Shown piece by piece: positions 15,809 to 23,980 of a stretch of 32,000 bases of DNA (within the stretch, counting starts at the first letter, position 1; the number at the start of each line of letters is the position of its first letter). Below the pieces are notes generated by a model that ran no database searches, was not told the origin of the DNA, and saw nothing but the letters and a program-made list of their open reading frames with translations. A program made the position numbers and the translations under genes. Location: positions 23,400-55,399 of the forward strand of contig CAZPWW010000014.1 of assembly GCA_964590885.1 (NCBI GenBank), given 5' to 3'. The stretch is from an uncultured Phycisphaeraceae bacterium. GTDB lineage: Bacteria > Planctomycetota > Phycisphaerae > Phycisphaerales > UBA1924.

Positions 15809-16099
15809 GCACGGCCGGTTGGATTCGCCGTTACGGGGAGGCGGCACCGGGTCGCCGGACGGCCGGGCGACGGGGCCGGCGTCCACACGGGGCGGCCGCT
15901 TCCTGGTGCTCCGGTGCCCGCCGACGTGCTTCCACACCCCTACGTGCGAGGATCGGCCCTGCCAATCAGGCAGGCGGACGGGGGCATCAGTTGGGTGCTG
16001 ACAGGCCTGCGGACCGCCGCGCACGCTCCGGATGGGGTTTGCCCTTGATTGGGCCGGGCCCGGTGCCTCGTGCACGCACACGGCAGCCGGTTCCGGTCG

Positions 16100-16114
16100 T
16101 GGCACTTGGGTTGC
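16100..16114 (+). promoter_or_regulatory. sigma-54 (RpoN) -24/-12 promoter upstream of groEL1
   Basis: TGGCAC-TTGGG-TTGC is an exact match to the TGGCAC-N5-TTGC core (GG-N10-GC). It lies ~105 nt upstream of the groEL1 ATG, in a 445-bp non-coding gap. Confidence 0.55.
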
Positions 16115-16219
16115 CCTGCGATGGGCGGCGGTGGTTCCGCCGGCTTACCGAACAAACCGCGTCCGGCTCAGGGCCGGGCCGGCTCGCTTCCTTGGTCTTG
16201 CGAAACGGAGACGATCCCG

Positions 16220-17977
<1,758 letters not shown>

Positions 17978-18036
17978 TCGTTCTGTCCGTGCCCCGTCGC
18001 CCGACGGGCAGCATTCGCTCGACCAAGGAGCCTCGC

Positions 18037-18279
18037 ATGGCCAACGCACGCGATCTGTTCAACAAGATGGGCTCCGGGTCCATGCCGCGCCTGACCCCTC
18101 CCAAGCCCGTCATCGGCCCGGCCCACGCCCCCGACGGCGAGGGCGAGCACAAGGCCAACACCTTCGAGCCCGGCAAGAAGGGCGGGGCCGGGGCGGCCAA
18201 GTACCGCACCGCCGGCGGCCCCTCAGGTGCCGGTGGTGCCGGCGGAAGCGTGCCCACCAGCGTTCGTCCCAAAGTCTGA
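18037..18279 (+). CDS. hypothetical small Gly/Pro-rich (probably disordered) protein
   Basis: 80 aa from the ATG at 18037, preceded by AAGGAG with a 7-nt spacer. Nearly all third positions are G/C in this frame. The sequence is MANARDLFNKMGSGSMPRLTPPKPVIGPAHAPDGEGEHKANTFEPGKKGGAGAAKYRTAGGPSGAGGAGG... No recognisable domain. Confidence 0.55.
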   Translation: MANARDLFNKMGSGSMPRLTPPKPVIGPAHAPDGEGEHKANTFEPGKKGGAGAAKYRTAGGPSGAGGAGGSVPTSVRPKV

Positions 18280-18315
18280 TCCTCCCTCTCCGGTGCGCCC
18301 CCACGGCCCTTGCTC

Positions 18316-19044
18316 ATGCAGCCACTCTTCGACAGCCTGAAGCAGCTCTTCACCGACATCCCCGGGTTCCTCACGGCCTTCGTGGGGGATCACGGCCCCT
18401 GGGTGTACGGCCTGCTCTTCGCCATCATCTTCGCGGAGACGGGCCTGGTGCTGCTGCCCTTCCTGCCGGGGGACTCGCTGCTCTTCACAGTCGGCGCGCT
18501 CAGCGTGCCCGACAAGGAGACCGGCAAGGCGGCGTTCAACCTGTGGCTGGTGTCGGGGGTGCTCATCCTGGCGGCCATCATCGGCGACGCGGTGAACTAC
18601 CACATAGGCAAGTACGTCGGGCCGCGCGTGTTCAACAAGAACCCGACGCCGGACCACACCCCCACGTTCATCGAGCGGGCTCTGAACCGGCAGCACCTGG
18701 ACCGGGCCCACGCCTTCTTCGAGAAGTACGGGGGCAAGGCGGTCATCCTGGGCCGCTTCGTGCCGATCGTGCGCACGTTCGTGCCCTTCGTGGCCGGTGC
18801 CGGGGCCATGAACTACACGCGCTTCGCGGTCTACAACGTGGCGGGCGCGTTCCTGTGGGTGGGCGTCTGCTGCGGGGCGGGCGTGCTGTTCGGGAACATC
18901 CCGTTTGTCAAGAAGCACTTCGAGTTGGTCGTCATCGGCATCATCGTCGTGTCGGTGCTTCCGGTCGTCTACGAGGTCCTGGTCGCGCGGGCCGAGGCCA
19001 GGCGCCTGGCCGCAGCGGCGGCCGTGGCGGCCGGGAAGTCGTGA
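18316..19044 (+). CDS. dedA: DedA family inner-membrane protein
   Basis: FAETGLVLLPFLPGDSLLFTVGAL and GKAVILGRFVPIVRTFVPFVAGAGAMNYTRFAVYNVAGAFLWV are the DedA/SNARE-associated signature blocks. ATG at 18316 (the track starts at TTG 18310). Confidence 0.9.
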   Translation: MQPLFDSLKQLFTDIPGFLTAFVGDHGPWVYGLLFAIIFAETGLVLLPFLPGDSLLFTVGALSVPDKETGKAAFNLWLVSGVLILAAIIGDAVNYHIGKYVGPRVFNKNPTPDHTPTFIERALNRQHLDRAHAFFEKYGGKAVILGRFVPIVRTFVPFVAGAGAMNYTRFAVYNVAGAFLWVGVCCGAGVLFGNIPFVKKHFELVVIGIIVVSVLPVVYEVLVARAEARRLAAAAAVAAGKS

Positions 19045-19052
19045 GCATTCAC

Positions 19053-19096
19053 GCGCGGCTCGACGTGCCGCGCTTCGGTCGGGTTGGTTGGTTTTT
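19053..19096 (+). terminator. hairpin plus T-rich tract after dedA (possible intrinsic terminator)
   Basis: GCGCGGC-tcgacgt-GCCGCGC is a perfect 7-bp stem. It is followed by ttcggtcgggttggttggttttt. Confidence 0.4.
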
Positions 19097-19111
19097 AGCG
19101 GAGTATCAGTC

Positions 19112-19402
19112 ATGGCCATCAAACCGTTGGAAGATCGCGTCCTTGTCAAGCCCATCGAAGCCGAGACCAAGACCGCCTCGGGCATCTACCTGCCCGAATC
19201 GGCCAAGGAGAAGCCCGTGCGCGGCAAGGTGGTCGCCGTCGGCCCCGGCAAGCGCCTGGACAACGGCAAGCGGGCCGAGATGAGCGTGAAGGTCGGCGCC
19301 ACCGTGGTCTACGGCAAATACGCCGGCAGCGAGGTCGAGATCAAGGGCGACAAGCACCTGATCATCAAGGAGAGCGAGTTGCTGGGCGTGCTGGAGGGCT
19401 GA
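19112..19402 (+). CDS. groES: co-chaperonin GroES
   Basis: The track ORF was trimmed to the ATG at 19112. MAIKPLEDRVLVKPIEAETKTASGIYLPESAKEKPVRGKVVAVGPGKRLDNGKR...VVYGKYAGSEVEIKGDKHLIIKESELLGVLE is canonical GroES. 96 aa. Confidence 0.96.
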   Translation: MAIKPLEDRVLVKPIEAETKTASGIYLPESAKEKPVRGKVVAVGPGKRLDNGKRAEMSVKVGATVVYGKYAGSEVEIKGDKHLIIKESELLGVLEG

Positions 19403-19411
19403 CCGCTGCGC

Positions 19412-19569
19412 GGTCAAAGGGCCAAACGGTCGAATCACCACATGGCCAAATGATGCCGGTGCCAGTCATGTCCTCGGGTTCGGTCGGCCGGCGTGTGCCG
19501 GCCTAGAAGTGCGGTGTTGTCCAGTTCCGATTTGGCCATTTGGCCATTTCACCCTTTGGCGATTTGGAT
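19412..19569 (+). repeat. 158-nt imperfect palindrome: two inverted arrays of five tandem 8-nt units (GGCCAAAT / ATTTGGCC type) flanking a GC hairpin, in the groES-groEL2 spacer
   Basis: The left arm at 19412-19451 is GGTCAAAG GGCCAAAC GGTCGAAT CACCACAT GGCCAAAT. The central hairpin at 19486-19503 is GGCCGGC-gtgt-GCCGGCC. The right arm at 19530-19569 is ATTTGGCC ATTTGGCC ATTTCACC CTTTGGCG ATTTGGAT. The right arm ends 6 nt before the groEL2 ATG. Confidence 0.85.
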
Positions 19570-19575
19570 CCTCCC

Positions 19576-21189
19576 ATGGCAACCAAGCAGATCATGTTCG
19601 GCGATGCGGCTCTCCAGGAAATGAAGAGGGGTGTGGTGCGCCTGGCCCGGGCGGTGAAGGTCACAATGGGTCCTACCGCGCGGCACGTGCTCCTCCAGAA
19701 GTCGTACGGCGGCCCCAGTGTCTCCAACGACGGTGTCTCGGTGGCGCGTGAGATCACGCTCCCCGAGCCCTTCGAGAGCATGGGCGCCAAAATGGTCAAC
19801 GAGGTCGCCAAGAAGACCAACGACCAGGCCGGTGACGGCACCACCGCCGCCACCGTGCTCGCTGAGGCGATCTTCCTCGAGGGCCTGCGCCACGTCGCCG
19901 CGGGGGCCAATCCCGTGCTCATCCAGCGCGGCATCAACGGCGCGGCCCAGGCCGCGGCCGACGCCATCGACGCGATGGCCATCAAGTGCAAGGGCAAGGC
20001 AGATTACGTGAAGGTTGCCACCGTCTCCGCCAGCCACGATGCCAAGATCGGCGAACTCATCGCCGAGGCCATCAACAAGGTTGGGCCCGAGGGCGTGGTG
20101 GAAGTGGAGGAGGGCAAGGGTGCCGAGACCACCCTCGAGTACGTTGAGGGCATGGCCTTCGACAAGGGCTACATCTCGCCCTACTTCATGACCGATCCCA
20201 AGACCGCCGAGTGCGTGCTCGAGGACTGCTACATCCTCATCTACGAGAAGAAGATCGCCAACATGGCCGACTTCCTCCCGTTCCTGAACAAGGTGGCCGT
20301 CACGGGCAAGCCCGTGCTGGTGATCGCCGAAGAGGTGGAGAGCGAGGCCCTCGCGGCGCTCGTCGTGAACCGTCTCCGCGGCACGCTCAAGATCTGCGCA
20401 GTGAAGGCCCCCGGCTTCGGCGACCGCCGCAAGGCCATGCTGGGCGATATCGCCATCCTCACCGGCGGCACGTTCATCGCCGAAGATCTGGGCCGCAGCC
20501 TGGAGTCGGTGGAACTCGCCGAACTCGGCCGCGCCAAGAAGGTCATCATCACCAAGGACGAGACCACGATCATCGAGGGCGCGGGCAAGAAAGCCGACAT
20601 CGAGCAGCGTGCGGCGCAGATCAAGGCGCAGCACGACAAGAGCACAAGCGACTACGACAAAGAGAAGTTCATGGAGCGGCTCGCCAAACTCACTGGCGGC
20701 GTGGCCATCATCAACGTCGGCGGCACCACCGAGATCGCGATGAAGGAGAAGAAGGACGCGGTCGACGACGCCCTCCACTCCACGCGGCACGCGGCCAAGG
20801 CCGGCTATGTGCCCGGCGGCGGCGTCGCCCTCATCCGCACCCAGGACGCCATCGAGAGGGCCAAGGCCAAAGCCAAGGGCGACGAGAAGATCGGTTACGA
20901 CATCGTGGCCGTCGCGGTCGAGTCCTGCGCCAAGCAGATCGCCATCAACGCCGGTGTCGATGGCGACATCGTCGTCGAGAAGATCAAGGAGGGCTCCGGC
21001 GGCTTCGGCTACAACGCCCAGACCGGCGACTACACCGACCTCGTCAAGGCCGGCATCATCGACGCGGCCACCGTGCCCAAGACCAGCCTGGTGAACGCGG
21101 CCAGCGTCGCCGGCCTGATGCTCACCACCAACGTCATGATCACCGAGCTCAAGGACAAGGCCGAGCCGGTCGTCGGCGCGGTGTCGTAA
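19576..21189 (+). CDS. groEL: chaperonin GroEL (groES-linked copy, no GGM tail)
   Basis: The track ORF was trimmed to the ATG at 19576. MATKQIMFGDAALQEMKRGVVRLARAVKVTMGPTARHVLLQKSYGGPSVSNDGVSVAREITL is followed by NDQAGDGTTAATVLA. It ends ...MITELKDKAEPVVGAVS with no Gly-Met repeats. Confidence 0.96.
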   Translation: MATKQIMFGDAALQEMKRGVVRLARAVKVTMGPTARHVLLQKSYGGPSVSNDGVSVAREITLPEPFESMGAKMVNEVAKKTNDQAGDGTTAATVLAEAIFLEGLRHVAAGANPVLIQRGINGAAQAAADAIDAMAIKCKGKADYVKVATVSASHDAKIGELIAEAINKVGPEGVVEVEEGKGAETTLEYVEGMAFDKGYISPYFMTDPKTAECVLEDCYILIYEKKIANMADFLPFLNKVAVTGKPVLVIAEEVESEALAALVVNRLRGTLKICAVKAPGFGDRRKAMLGDIAILTGGTFIAEDLGRSLESVELAELGRAKKVIITKDETTIIEGAGKKADIEQRAAQIKAQHDKSTSDYDKEKFMERLAKLTGGVAIINVGGTTEIAMKEKKDAVDDALHSTRHAAKAGYVPGGGVALIRTQDAIERAKAKAKGDEKIGYDIVAVAVESCAKQIAINAGVDGDIVVEKIKEGSGGFGYNAQTGDYTDLVKAGIIDAATVPKTSLVNAASVAGLMLTTNVMITELKDKAEPVVGAVS

Positions 21190-21197
21190 GGCGTGAC

Positions 21198-21277
21198 GGG
21201 ACTGGGCATTGGGCACTGGGCACTGGTGTCAATGCACGTGGTATTCACCAGTGCCTGATGCCCGGTGCCAGGTGCCT
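21198..21277 (+). repeat. 80-nt imperfect palindrome built from inverted arrays of tandem 7-nt units (GGGCACT type), in the groEL2-dnaJ spacer
   Basis: The left arm is GGGACT GGGCATT GGGCACT GGGCACT GG.. The right arm is ..AGTGCCT GATGCCC GGTGCCA GGTGCCT. The perfect 10-bp core stem is GGCACTGGTG (21219-21228) with CACCAGTGCC (21246-21255), with a 17-nt loop. The right arm ends 9 nt before the dnaJ ATG. Confidence 0.8.
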
Positions 21278-21286
21278 GCGATTCCC

Positions 21287-22516
21287 ATGCCCTCCACCCA
21301 GCGCGACTACTACGAAGTGCTTGGCGTCGAGAAGAAGGCCGACGCGGAGGAGATCAAGCGCGCCTATCGCCGCCTGGCGATGAAGCACCACCCGGATCGC
21401 AACCCCGGCGATGCCGCCGCGGAGGCCAAGTTCAAGGAGGCCGCCGCGGCCTACGAAGTCCTCTCCGACGAGCAGAAGCGCAAGGTCTACGACGTTCACG
21501 GGCACGACGGCCTGCGCTCCTCCGGGGGGCCCGCCCCGCACGACTTCAGCCGCATGAACGTCGACGACATCTTCTCGATGTTCAACGACATCCTTGGCGG
21601 CGGGGGGGGCGGCTTCGGCGGCATGGGCGGAGCAGGCCGGCGCGGGCAGGCCCGCGGCTACGACCTCGAGCACGAGGCCGTCATCTCCCTCGAAGACGCC
21701 TTTCGTGGCGTGGAGCGCTCCGTCGATTTCACGCGCCTCGACGTCTGCGAGAAGTGCACGGGCTCGGGCGCCAAGGCCGGCTCCAAGCCCATCACGTGCG
21801 CCACCTGTGGCGGCCAGGGGCGCGTGCAGCAATCCGGCTTGGGCGGCATGTTTCGCATGGTGGTCGCCTGCCCGGCGTGCGGCGGGCGGGGCCAGGTCAT
21901 CAAGGACTTCTGCCCCGACTGCCGCGGAAAGGGTCGCACGCCGCGCAGGCGCTCCCTCTCCGTGCGCATCCCGCCCGGCATCGCCGACGGCCAGGTGGTG
22001 CGCGTGCGCGGCGAGGGGGAGCCGCCCCCTCCCGAAGAGTCGCGCGACGGCTCCGGCGTGCGCGGCGACCTGCACGTGGTGGTGCGCGTGCGCAAGCACG
22101 ACTACTTCGAGCGCGAGGGCGAGCACCTTGTGCTGCATATGCCCGTTTCGTTCGTCAAGGCCACGCTCGGTGCGGACGTGGACGTGCCCACGATCGAGGG
22201 CAGCGCCCAGCCGGCCGGTGGCGAGAGCAGGCCCATGGGCGGGTCGACCAACGGCTCGCCGGCCCAGGGACGCGAGCGGCTCACCATCCCGCGCGGCACC
22301 CAGCACGGGGCGATGTTCCGCGTGCCCGGCAAGGGCATGCCCGACCTCCGCACAGGCCGGCGCGGCGACATGGTGGTGATCGTCAACCTCGAGATACCCA
22401 AGAAACTCTCGGCCGCGCAGGAGAAACTCCTGCGTGAGTACGCCGCCAGCGAGAACGAGAACGTGCTGCCTGAGACTCAGGGATTCTGGAAGAAGATCAA
22501 GGATGCCCTCGGCTGA
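21287..22516 (+). CDS. dnaJ: molecular chaperone DnaJ (type I)
   Basis: The track ORF was trimmed to the ATG at 21287. The J-domain is DYYEVLGVEKKADAEEIKRAYRRLAMKHHPDRNPGD. A G/F-like stretch follows. Four CxxCxGxG zinc motifs are present (CEKCTGSG, CATCGGQG, CPACGGRG, CPDCRGKG). Confidence 0.95.
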   Translation: MPSTQRDYYEVLGVEKKADAEEIKRAYRRLAMKHHPDRNPGDAAAEAKFKEAAAAYEVLSDEQKRKVYDVHGHDGLRSSGGPAPHDFSRMNVDDIFSMFNDILGGGGGGFGGMGGAGRRGQARGYDLEHEAVISLEDAFRGVERSVDFTRLDVCEKCTGSGAKAGSKPITCATCGGQGRVQQSGLGGMFRMVVACPACGGRGQVIKDFCPDCRGKGRTPRRRSLSVRIPPGIADGQVVRVRGEGEPPPPEESRDGSGVRGDLHVVVRVRKHDYFEREGEHLVLHMPVSFVKATLGADVDVPTIEGSAQPAGGESRPMGGSTNGSPAQGRERLTIPRGTQHGAMFRVPGKGMPDLRTGRRGDMVVIVNLEIPKKLSAAQEKLLREYAASENENVLPETQGFWKKIKDALG

Positions 22517-22556
22517 TGTGCCCGCCCCGTGCGGGCGTGCCGCTATGGAATGACGG

Positions 22557-23201
22557 ATGCGCATGAACCCGTTCAAGAAGGACAAGTCCGATCCCGGCGC
22601 ACCCTCGCCCGAGGCGGGGGTGCCGTCGGTCGACCCCGCGGCGGCCGATGCGGCGGCGGCGCTCGATCCGGCGGGGCCTGACGAGACCGCCGCACTGATC
22701 GACGACCTTTCCGCGAAGGTGGACGAACTCACGCGTGAGCGTGATCTGGCCCGTGACGAGCACACCCGTGCCCTGGCCGAATTCCAGAACTACCAGCGCC
22801 GCTCGTTGCAGAACGAGCAACAGGCCCGCGAGTTCGGCGTGCGGGGCGTGCTGCAGTCGGTGATGCCGGTGATCGACCACTTCGACATGGCCCTGGGCCT
22901 GGATGCGGACAAGAGCACCGCCCGTCAGGTGATCGATGGCGTGACGATGATCAAGGATGAGTTGCTGCGAGTGCTCGGGCAGCACGGTGTGGCGCTGCTG
23001 CGCCCCGGCGCGGGCGAGGCCTTCGATCCGCAGAGCCACGAAGCCCTGATGCGGGTCCCAGCCCCCGGCATCGAGCCGGGGCGCATCGTCGCCACGCTGC
23101 GGCCGGGTTACGCCATGCACGGCCGGGTGGTGCGGCCCGCGCAGGTGTCGGTGGCCGCCGAGGCTCCCGGCGCGGTCGCCGACCAGGGCGCGGAGGGCTG
23201 A
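22557..23201 (+). CDS. grpE: nucleotide exchange factor GrpE
   Basis: LTRERDLARDEHTRALAEFQNYQRRSLQNEQQAREFGVRGVLQSVMPVIDHFDMAL and ...GEAFDPQSHEALMRVP...YAMHGRVVRPAQVSV are canonical GrpE blocks. It lies downstream of dnaJ. Confidence 0.92.
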   Translation: MRMNPFKKDKSDPGAPSPEAGVPSVDPAAADAAAALDPAGPDETAALIDDLSAKVDELTRERDLARDEHTRALAEFQNYQRRSLQNEQQAREFGVRGVLQSVMPVIDHFDMALGLDADKSTARQVIDGVTMIKDELLRVLGQHGVALLRPGAGEAFDPQSHEALMRVPAPGIEPGRIVATLRPGYAMHGRVVRPAQVSVAAEAPGAVADQGAEG

Positions 23202-23204
23202 CCC

Positions 23205-23573
23205 ATGCCCACCTACGAGTATCGCTGCAAGGCGTGCAAGCACGAGTTCGAACTCTTCCAGAGCATGACCGCCAAACCGGTTTCCCTGTGCCCGTCCTGC
23301 GGCAAGAAAAGGGTCGAGCGGCTTATCGGCACCGGGGCCGCGCTGCTGTTCAAAGGTTCGGGCTTCTACCAGACCGACTACCGCACCGACTCCTACAAGA
23401 AGGGCTCAGACGCCGAGAAGAACGCGGCCGAAACCAAGTCCGACAGCAAGTCCGATGCGACGCCCGGCGCGAAGGCCGATCTCAAGCCGTCCGCGGGCGA
23501 GAAGCCCGCGCCCAAGGTCGAAGCACCCGCGGCGAAGCCCGCGCCGGCGAAGACACGCAGGGGCAAGCCGTGA
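23205..23573 (+). CDS. FmdB family zinc-ribbon protein (CxxC_CxxC_SSSS type)
   Basis: MPTYEYRCKACKHEFELFQSMTAKPVSLCPSCGKKRVERLIGTGAALLFKGSGFYQTDYR carries both CxxC pairs and the GSGFY.TDY block. It has a Lys/Ala/Pro-rich tail. Confidence 0.88.
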   Translation: MPTYEYRCKACKHEFELFQSMTAKPVSLCPSCGKKRVERLIGTGAALLFKGSGFYQTDYRTDSYKKGSDAEKNAAETKSDSKSDATPGAKADLKPSAGEKPAPKVEAPAAKPAPAKTRRGKP

Positions 23574-23959
23574 GCAACGCCATCGCCCACGGTGTGGACG
23601 TGGTCTGGGTGCCGCGCATCGCCGAGATGCTCCGCGATCACGGGCAGAAGTTCCTCGACCGCTGCTACACGCCGGCCGAGCAGTCCTTCTGCGAGGCCAG
23701 CGCGAAGCGGCAAGCCGAGCACCTGGCCGCGCGCTTCGCGGCCAAGGAGGCGGTGCTCAAGGCACTGGGCACGGGGCTGTCCGACGGCATCAGCTGGACG
23801 GACGTGGAAGTGGCCCGCCACGCGAGCGGACGCCCCGAGGTGTTGCTTCACGGGCGCGCGGCGAAGGCCGCGGCACGCCTCACCATCCGCCGCTGGCTCG
23901 TGTCGCTCAGCCACACCGACCAGGTGGCGATGGCCTCGGTGATCGCGCTGGCCGACTGA
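23570..23959 (+). CDS. acpS: holo-[acyl-carrier-protein] synthase
   Basis: The GTG start overlaps the previous stop (GTGA at 23570-23573). Matching blocks are ..GVDVVWVPRIAEML.., ..HLAARFAAKEAVLKALGTG.., ..GRPEVLLHG.. and ..VSLSHTDQVAMASVIA. 129 aa, typical for AcpS. Confidence 0.85.
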   Translation: MSNAIAHGVDVVWVPRIAEMLRDHGQKFLDRCYTPAEQSFCEASAKRQAEHLAARFAAKEAVLKALGTGLSDGISWTDVEVARHASGRPEVLLHGRAAKAAARLTIRRWLVSLSHTDQVAMASVIALAD

Positions 23960-23980
23960 GCATCCGCCATCCCCCCCGGC

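Noticed and set aside
14050-16105. Long N-terminal extensions of the argG (to 14493) and argF (to 16105) track ORFs. The same applies to the pnp (to 29759), tkt (to 26185), rpsO (to 30501) and groEL1/groEL2/dnaJ/groES ORFs.
   Set aside because: The conserved protein N-termini begin at internal ATGs (AYSGGLDTS for ArgG, for example). The extensions are Pro/Arg/Ala-rich and overlap neighbouring genes or intergenic regulatory DNA.
19412-19569. The tandem 8-nt units could be read as a CRISPR-like array. The GGTCAAA/GGCCAAA units could be read as CtsR operators, whose heptad GGTCAAA they resemble.
   Set aside because: The units are contiguous 8-mers with no spacers, far too short for CRISPR repeats, and no cas genes are present. 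CtsR sites are GGTCAAA-NAN-GGTCAAA (10-nt period) and belong to Firmicutes. Here the period is 8 nt and the arrays are inverted, so the resemblance is probably coincidental.
19412-19569. The element could be a MITE inserted between groES and groEL2.
   Set aside because: This is not excluded but is not supported here. No target-site duplication flanks the element (..ctgcgc| and |cctccc..). The arms are internally repetitive rather than simple terminal inverted repeats. The 3' arm is positioned precisely at the start codon. Only a genome-wide copy count can decide.
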